Source of the DNA: the human T2T-CHM13v2.0 reference genome, Homo sapiens
Assembly (NCBI RefSeq): GCF_009914755.1
Contig: NC_060934.1
Direction: 5' to 3' (one strand)
DNA: 64,000 bases
Numbering within the stretch: the stretch's first letter is position 1; each line of letters opens with the position of its first letter. A program made the position numbers and the translations under genes. Under the pieces are notes generated by a model. It was not told the origin of the DNA. It saw only the letters and a list, made by a program, of their open reading frames with translations, and did not search any database. Positions 40,760-61,985 of the stretch are shown piece by piece.

Positions 40760-42480
40760 TTTTTAAAATCTTTTAATTATAAAATACACGTAACATAAAT
40801 TTATTATTTGTTTAGTACATTTAGAATGTTGTGCATCCGTCACCACTGTATAGTTCCAGGACATTTTCATCACCCCAAGAGGAAACCCTGTATCCGTTAC
40901 GTAGTCACTCCTCATTCCCCTGTCCCATTTCCTTCCTGGTAAGCACTAATCTGCTTTTTGTCTCTGGGTTTGTCTTTTTTGGATATTTCATGTTAATGGA
41001 ATCATAGAATATGTACCTGGTTTACTTCACTTAGCATAATGTCCTCAAGGTTCATCCATATTGTAGCAGGTATCAGTACTTTGTTTCTATCTACCACATT
41101 TTGTTTATCCAGTCATTAGTTGATGAACCTTTGGATGTTGCTACCTTTTGGCTGTTGTGAATAGTGCTGCTATGAACATGTGTATCCACGTTTTTGTTTG
41201 AGTATCTGTTTTCAGTTCTTTTGGATATATACCCCTGACTGGAATTGCTGGGTCATATGGTAATCTATGTTTTACTTTTTGAGGTACCCAGCAAACTGTT
41301 TTTCATAGCAGTTGTACCATTTTATATTTCTACCCATGTGATATACAAGGATTCTAATTATCCACATCGTGGTCAGAGCTTGTTACTTTCTTTTTGATTA
41401 TATTAGTAGTCATCATAGTGGATATGAAGTGGTGCCTTATGGTTTTGATTTGTATTTGCCTCATGGGGTAATGATGTTGAACATCTTGTAACATACTTAT
41501 TGGCTGTTTTGGGTTTGTCTTTTTTGTTGTTGAATTGTAAGAGTTCTTTCCTGTTTTGGATACAAGACCTTTGTCAGATACATGAGTTGCAAATATTTTC
41601 TCCTCTTCTGTGGGTTGTCTTTCCACTTTCTTAATAATGTCCTCTGATGTACAAAAGTTTTTAATATTGGCAAAGTCTAATTCATCTGGTTTTCTTTTGT
41701 TGCTTGTGCCTTTGATGTCATATCTACAAAACCGTTGCCAAATCCAGGGTCTAAAAGATTTACCCTCCTATCTTTTCTTCTAAGTGTTTTATAGTTTTAG
41801 TTTTATATTAGGTCTTTGATCCATTTTGAGTTAATTTTTGAACATGGTATAGGTAACAGGCTAATGTATTCTTTGTGCATGTTGGCAATCTAGTTGTCTG
41901 GCACCATTTGTTGAAGATACTGTTCTTTCCCTCTTGTCTTGACACCCTTGTCAGAAATCGATGACCATTGATATATGGGTTTACTTCGGGACTTTCTGTT
42001 CTATTCCATTGATCTGCATGTCTGTCCTTATGCCAGTACCATACTGTTTTTATTACTGTTACTGTGTAGTACGTTTTGAAGTCAGAAAGTATGAGTCCTC
42101 CGGCTTTATCTTATAAAAAACCCGACTTTTGGTTTTGCTGATTCTTCTTCTGTTTTGCTTCATTAATTTGTGCTCTCATCTCATCTTCATTATTTTCTTC
42201 CTTTTACTATATTCTTTGGGTTGATATTACTGCTCTTTTCCTAATTCAAATTATTATTTATTAGCTTATTAACTTTTATCTCTTAAAAATACGCATTTTA
42301 AGTGTGTACATTTTCTTCAGTATACTGCACCAGCGGATCCACAGGTTTTCATTTTTTAAATTAATTTATCTCAGTTTTCATTTTTAGTAGTTTTCTGTTT
42401 ATAATTTGCTGTTGTAATTCGGATACATTTAGTTTTGCCATTTTTTAAAAGCTTGTTACACATAGTTTTGTAAGCTGTGA
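40760..42480 (-). mobile_element. L1M (L1MB-like) 3' end plus ORF2 fragments
   Basis: ggacattttcatcaccccaagaggaaaccctgta; ggaattgctgggtcatatggtaa; gatccattttgagttaatttttg. Confidence 0.85.
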
Positions 42481-42569
42481 TCATTTTAGTGTTTAAGTTC
42501 TTTGCAGGTCTTTTTCTCTTGTCTGTGTCAAGAGTTTCTTGACAGTTTGGGGGGCTAGCCCTATCAGAT

Positions 42570-44090
<1,521 letters not shown>

Positions 44091-45767
44091 GTGGTTGATT
44101 TTTTTTAAAGGAAAATAAAAATAACCAAAATCGATAAAAAGAAAAAGACCTGATTGATTAATATTATGGAAACAGCATCAGACCAGCTACTTTTATACAT
44201 GAATTCTATCGAGGAACGTGACCCACTTTTTAGAGTTCCACTTTTGTATTTCCGTACGTCTGTTGCATATTACCCCTGATCACATTAATAGGGTCTCCAA
44301 ATTAACATGTCCAAAATCAGTGTTTTTATCTTTTTGCTTTTCCAGTGTGTCACTTGATAGTCTGTTTGTTCTTGGTTGACTGCCCTTAGTTGACTTATGA
44401 CTGCCTCTGTAATTACCTTATAATGATTTCATTTTCCTTATGTTCTCAGCTGTTTTCCACTTCCCTTCTCCCCCAATCTCTTACTGCTCCACAGGACCTC
44501 ATGTCCTTTTCTAGGGTGAAAACAGCCACTGAACATGAATTATTTCAGTTTACCTTTCCTAGGCTTGAATGCTTCCCTGTTGCTTTCAGAATAATACTTA
44601 TACTTTTAAAAAAGGAAATGTATTATAGCTATCATCACTTTCACACTTTAAAGCAAATAAAGTTTTTACCACTTCATACTACTAACATTGCTCTCTCTTG
44701 TACTATTATACTTCTCTAAGTTTTCCTTTCTACCCTGATGACCGTTGTGCATTTCTTCTTCCATCCTTGCCTTTCTTCTTTCTTTCCCCTGGGGCGTAGC
44801 GGGGAGCTTACATATAGGTCTTCCCTAAGGTGCTGTCCTTAGTCTGCATCTTTCTTCTTACTAATTTGTATGTAAAATGAGAATTTATATGACACAGTAA
44901 GTATGTTTTCTACTTGGGTTAATAATATCACTACCCTTCCTGGCATGCAGACTGAAATTTCTTGAGTTCTAGCTTCTTCCTCATTGCCTGTATAGCCAGT
45001 TGACTAGCAAATTTCATTGATTCTTTCCAAAACTTCAGAAAATTTTCCTCATTTTCATTGACATGACCAGCTTTATTTGCCTTGCTTAATGTCCTCAGAT
45101 GTGGTTTGCCAGTGGTCTGTGATGCAAAAGTAAATTCATCGTACCTTTTTCCAGCTTTATTTCCTGCAGTGGATCCTTTATGAAACCTGTATGCCCAGCA
45201 AAATGGAATATTTTTCTTTGACAGTTGCTGTTTTTGCCTCTGTTCTTTCCTCTCACTATTCATTCCCTTCACCATATCCCCCATCCCTTCTACCTCTTTT
45301 CTCCTTACACAATGAGTCTTAGAAAGAAAGATACGGAAGTGAAAATTACCTTTTTTCAGGCCAGATTCTTAGCCTCAAAGATATCTGTAGCATTTCATTT
45401 GTATCTTTTCTGACCCTTGTTTCTGCCTTGCTTTAAGATGAACTTTGAGTGTTTTATTTCTACTAACTAGTTTCTCTATTTCTTGGGATCAGGGAGTCAT
45501 CTTTGTGTCCCAGACTCAGAAGAGGAAATCATATACTGTTCATGTGAATTAATGGGGAACAAATACAAAGAAAAAAACCACATTTTCTTTTTATTAGCCT
45601 CTATTTTGGGGGTGGGGGGTGGGAAGTGGGTAGGGGTTTCTAAAATCATTAAATTTTAGTTAAGAGCGATCTTACCACTAATTTATTCCAAGACCATAGT
45701 TTTATGAACAAGAAAAATGTGCCTCCAAAATTTAAGTGGATTCCACTGTATCACACTGCTCACGTAA

Positions 45768-46091
<324 letters not shown>

Positions 46092-46096
46092 GTGGT

Positions 46097-46232
46097 ATTT
46101 ATTTTTTAGAAATGGGGCCTCGCTGTGTTGCCCAGACTGGAGTGCAGTAGCTATTCACTGGCCTGAACATAATGCACTGCAGCCTTGAACTCTTGACGTC
46201 TAGCCATCCTCACGCCTCAGCCTCCTGAGTAC
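46097..46232 (-). mobile_element. FAM (fossil Alu monomer) fragment
   Basis: Retains the 7SL-derived gtgcagtagctattcactggc segment that dimeric Alus lack. Confidence 0.75.
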
Positions 46233-47571
46233 TGAAAATTTTAAGGTCATTTTGCCTTCAGTCCCACATGGGAGCAGGAGTCCTAGGTGAGCTGGGGTTG
46301 CCATAACCATAATTGAATGTGAGTCCCCTGGCAGAAAGGTAACCTCCTTTTCTTTATATGCGCTCATAGAAATTCATTTATCTATTCCTATTTCTCTTTT
46401 CTCCCCACCTTTGGCTTTGGTAGCTGGAGCTGGTAAGAAATCTTTCTTATTTTCTGTAATGTGTTTTATAAATTATGTGTGGTCTAATGATTATATGGTT
46501 GTAAGAAAAATACCATAAAGGAAGAGTGTTTGTCCTTAGTTTTCATCTTTAGTTATCCATAAAATCTGAACTCTACCCTGAAAAATTTGTCGTCATTGTA
46601 TTTTTCATCTTTCCTCGATATCTACTTGTTAGTTCAATACTATCTTTTATCAATTTTAATGTACTGTTCCAAAGAACATATTTGTTACTGTTTTCATAGG
46701 GAATTGAGCAGTAGGACGTTTTTCTTACAGAATTAAACTTACATTTTTCTCCATCCACTAGATGGCTCAAGTGCACCACTTTGGCAGCTCAGATTGATCC
46801 TTGCTTGCTTTGCTTGTAGTTTCTACTTTGAGTACTGTTTGCTTTTTAAAAACTGGATGAGCCCTTACCTGAACCTAGCTTTACATATATGTGATGGCAG
46901 ATTTCCTCGCATTTTCTGATTATTTACAGACTTCTGAAAAGCTGGTGAAGTGTTCTTCATATCAGTAGTAAAAAGTGCATTACAGTGCTTAGAAGATTTT
47001 GTTTTTTGCTTTTAAGTTATTTTAGACTTTAATTCAATTGCCAATAATCTATTTAGATTTCTTCAAACTAGGCATGCAGTTAATAATTCATCCATTTCTT
47101 CCTGATTCATAGTCATTTGGAGTCATTTTCCAGCACATGGTGGTACCTCAGGAGTTTTTGAGGCACACGGGGCTATTTGCTTCAGTTCTGTAGTAATATT
47201 TATTTAGTGTTTTTGTGCTTGGAATTGTATGGGGCAGTGGAGGGAAATACCAGGATGACTAAAGAGGATATTTTCATCAGCAGGGAGCTCACTGCGTTAA
47301 TTCGTTTCCTTAAGTTTCCTTTTTTATTATTTTTTATTTTTATTTTCCCTGAAAGCACACATTGGTATCTTGAGTTTTTGAAGCCAAATAATGAGTATAA
47401 TGAAATGGCTCATTAGAGCTTATGTTTGTAACCAACCCTGAGGAGAATTTTGTTTTTGACATTGACCCTGTTGATATTGCCTGAAAAAATTTAAAAAAAA
47501 AAACTGAATTCTTTAGAAATATTTTATGCTTATGGCTTTCTGTTTTGAGTTAAGTAAAAAGGAAAAGGAAT

Positions 47572-47730
47572 TAAGATTTGTTGAATGCTTATCATGTGCC
47601 AGTTTCTTACTTAATTTGATGCTCTCAATAATTTGGAAGACAAGTACAAATATCTCTATTTACAGATGAAGAAACTAAGGAATCAGAAGTTGCCTAGGAT
47701 CAAAGAAACAGTAAGTTAGAGAGGCAAACT
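47572..47730 (+). mobile_element. MIR SINE
   Basis: tgaatgcttatcatgtgcca...ctatttacagatgaagaaactaaggaatcagaagttgcctaggatc. Confidence 0.7.
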
Positions 47731-49293
47731 CTTTGTGATATCAAGGGTTGTTTTTTATTTTTTTGCCCAAGAGAAAATAATTATTTTCTGAAATGGCAGA
47801 AACATTTGTAATATCAACTAGTTGGATACTTTCATATCCTAAAGACAGAAAACTCCAAACAAAGGATTGATTGCCTCTCACAGTTGATCTTTGAGATTAT
47901 AAACAAATATTCTTGCCAAGCTAGAGCAATCAGTCATACTGGTATCTCTTTTACAGATACCTTTAGAATGACAGCAAACACTATAAAATTGATTTTTCCA
48001 GAGAAAGTGTTTGCACCTAATAATCTTATTTTTCAGGAATAATAACTGAATTATTTCATCAGTTTGAAAATATAGTGTACGATTTAAAGGAGAATGGCAA
48101 GTTATTGATGTAAATACACATTATTTACAATATTATAACTAGATTACATTACAAATATTGTAACAACAATTTGTCTTTATAAAATCCCCTTGATTTCTCT
48201 TTATTGTTTAAGAGTCCTTGCAGCTAAGCCGTGTAAAACAGGAAATATGGCTGTTTGCCAGTGTTCTTAAGGAAGCAGGAGTGAAGTAAAGCAAACAATA
48301 CAAAAGGGGTTTGTTTAAAGGATGTACTTAATTTCTGTGTGGCTGTGGTATCATTTTTCTGGCTCTGTTGTCTTTGTCCTTTTTCACTGCAAAGTTGAAA
48401 TTGTACTTTCACAACTATTAAAACAAAAATAACCAGTAATGCGAACTGAACCCAAAGATATCTAAGATAAATATCCTCCCATGACTGTAAATTTGTATCC
48501 TCCATATCACCTTAGAAATTTTCGTATGCATTGACTAGATTTATTGCTATTTTTGTTCTTTTTTTATGTATTATCAGATATTGCCGTCAGTACTATTACC
48601 GCATTTACACAATGTTGCCTTGTGTGGAAATTCTAAACCTTTGCTAACTCTTGGTAACCAAAATAACGATAAACTAAAGAGATTATTATCCCATCTTTTG
48701 AGAGAAATGTAAAATTATTCATTTGTCTATAAAGAATCTTTGACAAAAGTATTTTTTAAAGCATATTGAATCCTAGCCATTTTATTATTATTAGCTGTGT
48801 ACCTAAATGATATTTTAGATATGAGTATAAGGAAGACAAACTTTAGGTTGTCAAAGAATGAGCATGTCTCATGTGTTACAGTCATGGCATGACAGTTGGA
48901 TTACAATTATCTCTTGATGAATCAACTTCATCTAAACCTTAATTGCATATTAAATTATTTAGTCATTTCCTGATTCAGTAATGAGAAGTCAGAATATATA
49001 GTAATTTACTGGGTAGCATGTTACATGCCATAGTTTGCGGAATGTACTTGATCAGTAAAGTCCACAGTAAATCAAAGACAAATGAGAAAATTCTTTTAGA
49101 ATTCAGTTTTTTTTTTCTTAATTTGAAGTCACTTTAAATGCTCTTATGTAATAAGAAAAGAACCCTAGGTATATTTAAATACTTAACCTGCTATAACTTT
49201 TTGTTGGAAAGGAGGTAGATTTTTTTTATGAGTATTTTTTTCCTATGGGAAAAAAAATAACTTTGGTGATGCAGTATGCCTTTATCTGTGTAT

Positions 49294-49664
49294 TGTTAAA
49301 AACTAAACTAAACAAAAAAAACCCCTAAGAACCTTTAAACTTAACAAAGTTTATTTGAGCAGGAAAAAGGTTCTAGAAGCAGACAGCACTCTAAGATGGT
49401 TCAGAATACTACCACTTACAACTGGTGAGCTGTTCTAATAACAGGGAAAAATAGGAAATGTCATACAGAAATTACCTGATTGGTGCAGGTTGGTGTTTGC
49501 CTTATTTGGGCATAATCTAGCAGCTTTTAACCTGGGATTGGCTGAGACTCAGATGTGTGGTTATAAGGGTATACTCCTAAGTTAGGTTATAACTTGTTTA
49601 CACATCAAGCTAGAGTACAGTTAATAGTGTATGGAGGCAGCTTTGGGCCAAATCTGATTGAACA
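49294..49664 (-). mobile_element. MER4-group (MER57/MER67-like) solo LTR
   Basis: tgttaaa...ttgaaca termini with a perfect 4-bp TSD GTAT; gattggctgagactcag and ggaggcagctttgggcc motifs. Confidence 0.7.
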
Positions 49665-50156
49665 GTATAAAAATAAGTTTTGCAAATATTTATCCTTACC
49701 ACATGAGTTACATCCTAATATTCTTTATTCTCTTCTATTTCACTAAAAAAAATTCAAATCCACCAAATTCATTTCATGACCCATCGGTGTGTTGGAGCTC
49801 ATTAGTTTGGAAAACACTGCCATATAGGGTTGAAAAATTTTTTTTCTTTTTTTACCCTGTTAACAACTGACTAGTCTGAAGGAGCTCAAATATTTGGAAA
49901 GCTTTATTAGTGCAGTTTAGTAGCTGGCTTTTAAAAAAAAAAAATTGCTTTCTAGAATCCTCCCTGCTACATAATCACCAAATGTTATTTCAATATTGTT
50001 TTCCTAACTTGAAAATTTAACTGAATGACTAGAAGGTGTTGGACCAAGAAATATCTGAAGTACCAAGCCCACAAAGGAAAATTTAATATTGATTGAGGTA
50101 TCATGGTTATTTGTGCACCCTTAAAATTAAGCCAATTTTAGTTAATAGAAGTTTCA

Positions 50157-50425
50157 GCTGGGTGTAGTAGCGCAGCACTTTGGGAGGCCAAGGCAGGAGG
50201 ATCACTTGAGGCCAAGAGTTTGAGACCAGCCTGGGCAACAGAATGAGACCCCATCTATACAATTTTAAAATTAAGCAAGCTTGGTGGTACACGCCTGTAG
50301 TCCTAGCTATTCAGGAGGCTGAGATGGGAGGATTGCTTAAGCCCAGGAGTTTGGGGCTGCAAGTGAGCCATGCTTGTGCCGTTGCATTCCAGCCTGGGTG
50401 GCAGAGTGAGATCTTGTTTAAAAAT

Positions 50426-50456
<31 letters not shown>
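50157..50456 (+). mobile_element. Alu (AluJo-like) with (TAAA)n tail
   Basis: ggaggatcacttgaggccaagagtttg and gattgcttaagcccaggagtttggggctgc; small left-arm deletion. Confidence 0.92.
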
Positions 50457-50879
50457 ACATATATATGTTTACATATATATATAAATTTCAAGTTAATTGT
50501 TTAAAGGATGTCATTAACCAAAACTAAGCATCAGTCTTTGGTAATGAAAGCATTCTAAAAGTCTTTCTTTTAGATAGATTGAAAAGTCTATCTTGCAGAC
50601 AAAGATAATTTTATTAATCATAAGTAACATTATTATGAAAAGTATTTGTGAATATTAATAACTCAGTTTCTTCACTTATGTTGAGTTGCTTTACATGTTT
50701 TATCTTTGCATAATCTGTAAACTTGATGTTTCGTAGTTGACAGAATAAGTTTACAGTTAGATATATAGGTAACTTTTAGTTCAATGTTTTAAAAATTGTG
50801 TCATGAGAAGTATAAATAAAATTCAACGAAAGATACCATTTCTTGGCCTTATATAATGGCATATATTTGAACACTTGGA

Positions 50880-53800
50880 GATAGTGGAAAAGGGCATTTC
50901 ACATAAGGGGACAGAGGCATCAAGGCAGAAAAGCTTAATATGGTCCAGGAATAAAACATTCAACTGGATGGGCTTTGTTCTAAAGGCAGTTTTTGAGAGA
51001 AGACAGAATTAAATTAACTTATATTACAATACCTACTTGCTACAGGAGATAATGGGTGGATTTGAAGGGAGTGAAATTAGGCAGAGAGAGTAGTTAAGAA
51101 ATCATTGAAATATTTTAGAGAAGAAATGAGATTGAAGTAGGACAGTGTCTAAGGAAATAAAAAGTAATTTATCAAGACAGTAAAATCAACACAATTTGGC
51201 AGCTGATTAGATTAATTCAAAAATATTTGAGTGTGTGCTATGCAATTCTGGGAATCCAACTGTGAACAAAATGCATGCTCTTTACCCTTACATGTGTTTT
51301 AGTCCAATGGGAAGCACAGACATTTCAATTCAGGGTAATACATGTGCTGCCATGGAGAAAGACTCAGTGTTGTCTTGGGAGTGAGTATACTGACTGAACT
51401 TGAAGCCTCAGGGATGAGTAGGTCTTGACCAGGTAAAGTTGGGGTTAGAGTGTGTTACAGATTCCTCCCTGTCCTCTCCCCGCATGTTGGCTTGGAGGTG
51501 AAAAGATTGTGGTACTTTTAAAGCAGTTAATTGTGGCTGGATCCTGGGATTGGAGAGGGAGGAGGATCTGGTAAGAGAGGGCCAGGGCCAAATCATCCAG
51601 AGTCCTGAAGTTCCTGGAATCCCCTAGTTCTTGGTCCACAACCCTAATGAAGCCTTGGATTTTATCTTAGGAACAGAAATTAACTGTGGTATGATTTTAA
51701 GCAAGGGAGATTCAGGGTCAAAATTGCATGTTAGAAGAATTATTTTAGCTAAGAATGTCTTAGTTATAAGTCAGAAACTTAAGCAAAAGACAAAGAAAGT
51801 GACCCAGAGGATTCAGCATATGCAGAGGTAGGAAGTGCGGCTGGACTTCACAAAGATTTGGAACCAGACATGGTTCAGTATCAGATGCTTCCTCTTCTGT
51901 TGTATCGCATAGTGTCTTGTCTCTCATGTCTGCTTCATTGCTCTGTGTATACTGTCTTCTCTTAACTATACAGCTCTAACTTAACAGCCTCTGAATTTCT
52001 CTCCCACTTTCAAGTCCTCTGGAGAGAGTCTGACTGGTTCCTTGTCAGTTGTCTACCCTTGGTTTAATCAGCTGTGCTAAGAGGGCAGGGTCATGTAGCA
52101 TAAACATGGTGCTTCAAAGCCAACCCCTCTCACAGTTAAGGGGTATGGTGAGTTGTGGGCTAGGCAGAATTCTTAGAAAGAACCAACTTCAGAAGATCAT
52201 TTTGGCTGCAGAATGAAGAATTCAGGGGAAGGGAACTAAAGGAAGGGGACCTCTTTAAGAGAATACAGTAATCCAGGCAGTAGGTAATACTGCCCTGAAT
52301 CAGGGGTAAGTAAGAAGAGAACTGATCTGTGGTAGATTAAAGGTTGAATCTCCAGAAGTGTATGTAGATTGGATATTGGAGTATAAAGAGTCAAGGATAG
52401 TGTTTGTGTTTCTGGCTTGAATACCTGAATGGATGATGATAGCAATCCCTGAGCTGAAGTAGCATCGCAGCAAATTTAGTGGGGATTGAAGACGAAGAAT
52501 TTATTTTTGTGCACGTGCAGAGTTTGAGATAGCCTCAAGACATCTAAGTGGTAATGATTAGTAGACCCTTGAATATATGCATCTATAGCAGAGGGAAAAG
52601 CTCAATAGTAGATACATATTTGAAATTCTTTAGTGTTAAGTGATAACTAGAGCCATGAGGGTAGATGAAATTGCCATGGGAGAGTGTAACAAGACAAGAG
52701 GGCCAAGACAGCCATGAAGAGAATCTGAGGGCTAGCAGAGGGGGGAAAATGAGCCTACAGGGCAGACTGGGAAGGAACAGAAAGGTGTGAGAAAAATCCA
52801 GAGTATGCAGTGTTTTTAGAAACCCAAGAAAAGTGCTTCAGGCAGGAGAATGTGGTGAAAGTGTCAGGTGCTGATGAGCAGCATAGGAAAAAGTCAAGTT
52901 CTGTTTAGGAGCAAGAAGTTTGTTGATGACCTTGGTGAATGAGCTTAATGGGATTGGTGAATATGGGAAACAGGATTGAGGACTCTGGCAAGTGAAGAAA
53001 TCAAAATAAATATAAACAGTGCTTGAGCTATAAGGAGAAAGAGTGGGTAGAGATGATTATGACAGCGAAGTAAGGTTTTTATGTATTTTTTAAAATATCA
53101 GGGTCTTGATCATATTTCAGTGCTAGGAGAAAGAGTGATAATCAGTTGAGCAAGATCAGGAGATTCTTCAGGGCACTATTACATTGTAATGGTGAAGAGT
53201 GAAGCAAAAGTATGTGGAAACTAGTTTAGTGAATGGAAGAAGAGGTATTCCCTGACTTTCATTTTCTCTAGGAAGAGGTTGGGATTATTTACAAATAAGG
53301 TAAAGTCGAAGACTTAGGGAACAGGAGGACAGTTTGTAATAGATACTGTAGAAATTAGACTAGTGCAACTTGGGATTTTTTTTTTCACTAGCTTAATTAG
53401 AGGTCTTAAATTGAAAGCAGCACCAGTATACATCATTGTATTGGTTTTGTTCAGCAGTCTGATTACATGCTTATGTTGTGCTACTTCAGGTTGGTACCTT
53501 GAGAGTAAGATATTGACATGATGGTGGTCTGACTAATGGAACATGGAATATAAGCTGTGGAAGGAAAGAAGTAAAAGTGAGGACTAATAGAAAAGTGAGT
53601 TGTTAAAGGCCTAGAGGTCTTATGTGCAAAGAATAAGTGAGAGTAACTCAGCTTGAGAGGCAGGTCCTAAAATGAGGGTAACACTAAAGGGGAATGGACC
53701 AATAGCGTCTTAGGAGATTTTCCTGCATTTGCCTGCATTGCTGGAAGAATGGTATTGCTGATAAAAGAAGTAAACATGGAAGGAAGAGCAAGTTAGTTTT

Positions 53801-54170
53801 AGAGGGAAGAAAAGTTAGATTTTTACTGTTTCCCCTTTGAGTACCTATGGATCATTCATACTGAGATGACCAAGAGGCAGTTGAAAATATAAGGGAGAAG
53901 CCAGGGCTGGAAACAAAATTGGGAGATTATAATTGAACCCATAAATTTACAAAGAATATAAAGTGGTAAGGTCTACTTAGACGCTATGTACATTTAAGGA
54001 GTAAGAAATAGAGAAAAGATGCTTACAAGCTTTGAGAATTTGTGAAGAAACTCAAAAGAGGTTGAAAGGGTTGACCAAGCAGATCACCGGATTTGTGAGT
54101 GGCTTTCCAGAGGGTTTAGTGGAGCATGAAAGGAGATTGGAAAGGTTTGAAGAGTAACTGACTTTCTGAG
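50880..54170 (-). mobile_element. Cluster of L2 fragments with an embedded MLT1-like piece (about 51750-52180)
   Basis: aattcaaaaatatttgagtgtgtgctatgc; ggagtcaaggatag...ttctggcttgaatacctgaatggatg; gatgaccttggtga motifs. Confidence 0.65.
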
Positions 54171-54599
54171 AGTATGTATATTGCCAATGAATGATGTATT
54201 ATTATATGTGATTTTTAAAATCTCCCCAATATACTGATATTTTTAAAATAACTTTAATTTGCTTTTTTATTAAAAAAATTATTAGCTATAGTCTGGCTTT
54301 CTGAAATAGAGTATACTGGTCATTTAATTTGTTAATGCCTCAGGAGTATCATAGTTATCGATTATTACTCAGAGCTATAATATGGTTGGGCCCTTTCAAG
54401 TGCTGTTAAGACCATTTGTTTTTGTACTGAATGCCTTCAGTGTGTTGTGTTTTTCAAGGCCTTCTTTCCCTTGTCATTTGTTGCATTAAGTCATTTGACA
54501 GTATTATTCAAGGATTTTTTTCCCCCTCGAAGCACTTTACTGTGTTATAGTTTATAATTATTGGAAGCCTCTGTAGATATATCTGAGGATATGGGGGTT

Positions 54600-55250
54600 G
54601 GTGGGGAGTAGTATCTCCTACTATAATCATACAAGACAGAATACTTCTGTGGCCTCTGGTCACCAAAATGTATGAAGATTTCTCTCCAACAGACACCAAC
54701 TGGGTGTCTTCTGATTCAATTCTATTCTGACATTGTCTTCCGGAAAACAGCATCAGATCCCACAGGTTGAGGTCTCAGTCCCACAACACTGCCCCCCTAC
54801 TTCAGATGCCAGTCACAGGCATAAGTTGTAGCCTTGTGTCTGACTGAATAGCTATAAATTGGGGTTCCCATGATCCGCTCCTTGGGTTCGATTAATTTTC
54901 TAGAGTGGCTCACAGAACTCACAGAAATACTTACATTTATCCACTTATTATAAAGGATATTACAGAGAATACAGATGAACAGCTAGATGAACAGACAAGA
55001 TGCATAACACAAGGCGTGGAGAAGGGGCATGGAGTTTTCATGCCTTCTCCAGCTATGCCACGCTCTGGGAACCTGCATGTGTTAATGTTATCCAGAAGCC
55101 CACAAAACAGTCCTTTAGAATTTTTATGGAAACTTGTTTACTTAGGAATGATTGATTAAATCATTGGCCATTGGTTTATCGACTCAACCTTCAGCTCCTC
55201 TCCCCTTCCTAGAGGTTGGAGTAGGACCGAAAGTTTCAACCCTCTAATTA
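54600..55250 (-). mobile_element. MER21-type ERV LTR, truncated
   Basis: gacaccaactgggtgtc...gcatcagatcccacaggttgagg...gctataaattggggttcccatg...gagtggctcacagaactca. Confidence 0.8.
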
Positions 55251-55255
55251 TGATT

Positions 55256-60427
<5,172 letters not shown>

Positions 60428-60437
60428 TACATTTCTT

Positions 60438-60850
60438 GGACCCATGGTAGAAAGACTGATCACTATATCCAGATATCCACTCCCTCACTGCTCTTGGTCA
60501 ATTGAACCCTTCAACTTTTAGTTGGGTACATGGCTACTTTGCGGTAAGATGTGACTGTGGTGTGTGAGCCAAGCTAATTTGCGCAGAAGGAATTGTGTAG
60601 CTTGCAAGTCATATCCTCAGAAGAGAAGATGCTCACCCTTGTCTTCTTTCCACCCCTCCCCTGGATTGGAGAAGAGATACGTTATTGCCCACCACATGGG
60701 CAGTAACTCCCTAGGAGGTGACAGAGCAACAGGATAAAAGGAACCTGGGTCCTTGGATAACTTCATGAAATAGAGTTGCCTTTTCTCTGTGGCTCTCCCA
60801 CTTAACTCTGGACTATTATATGAGAAATAAATAAACTAAATTGTTTGAAA
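60438..60850 (+). mobile_element. MLT1 (J/K-like) MaLR LTR
   Basis: ggtgacagagcaacaggataaaaggaacctgggtccttgga...tctggactattatatgagaaataaataaac. Confidence 0.65.
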
Positions 60851-61829
60851 AATAAATAAAAGATGAATAGGGAGGGAGTGACTACAAAAGTTGCTTATCA
60901 GGAATTCTAATTGGTTTACAGAAATAACATTGGTTAATGATTTTCTATACATTGTTAAATTGTAAGGTGTGTGGCATTTTATGTCTTCTTGAGGTCAGTT
61001 AGTCTAGAGCTTGAATAGCAAGTGGCTTCAAGGGGTAATTATTTACCTCAAGGGAGAATGAGGCATGACTGCTGTTAGATTTTAAATACCTTTTTGGGAC
61101 TGATAACTTAGGCCCATATTCCTTAGATAAAAAGCTTTTCTTCCCCCCTCCCTCCGCAACCTTTACTCCTTGTGGTCAAAAATCTTTCTTCTCGAAAGCA
61201 TTGTTAATCAAAATCTAAGTGTCATGATGTCCCTTGTCACCAGGAAGTCTCACTCCCAGGTAGTGCTGTCCCATGTTGATGAGGGAGGAGGAAATGTCTC
61301 AGTGAGGAATTTTAAGAGTTCCCAAAAGCTGACTTAGGATGGCATCACAGAGTGGCAGAAATGAGACCTCAGTTAAGTCATTGATTTATGTAAGTCATTG
61401 CTTGTTGAATCATCCCTAGTCTTTGGAATCCCATGATTTTAGTTTCCTCCAAAGTAAAACAATGAGAGATACATAACATTAAGAATTTGTATTGCAGAAA
61501 TATAATGCACACATTGACTACAATCAAAAAGTGAATTTACATGTCAGAATGAAAAAAGAACCTATTCATTAGGGAGCCAACAACAAAATCTTGAAAAAAA
61601 TTAAAACCTGGTTCTTCTTTACAGACTGGTTGTAGCCAGGAAATAATTCAGGATTTAGTCCAAGTGGTAGACAAATAAGAAAACTCAAAAACAATGGTCA
61701 GGCTAGAATCTAATAACAGGTGTGTTATAGTTTTCTTATGAAACGTGATTTTTCTGTCTCTAGTCTCCCTTTTATTTTTTTAAAATACATAATTATATAT
61801 ATATAAAATGTATACATTTATACTTAGAA

Positions 61830-61985
61830 ATTTTTTCTTTAGTAACAATCTCACTCTGTCACTCAGGCTGTTGTGCAGTGGCATGATTATAGCTCATTGC
61901 AGCCTTGAATTCCTGGGCTCAAGTGATCCTCCACCTCAGCCGTGAGTAGCTGGGCTTACAGGCACAAGCCACTACACCCATCCAG
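61830..61985 (-). mobile_element. Alu monomer (FRAM or AluJ right arm)
   Basis: ctcactctgtcactcaggctg...gctcattgcagccttgaattcctgggctcaagtgatcc. Confidence 0.85.

Noticed and set aside
46915-46950. Micro-exon-like ttatttacag...ctg|gtgaag
   Set aside because: Weak donor; such matches are expected by chance in T-rich DNA.
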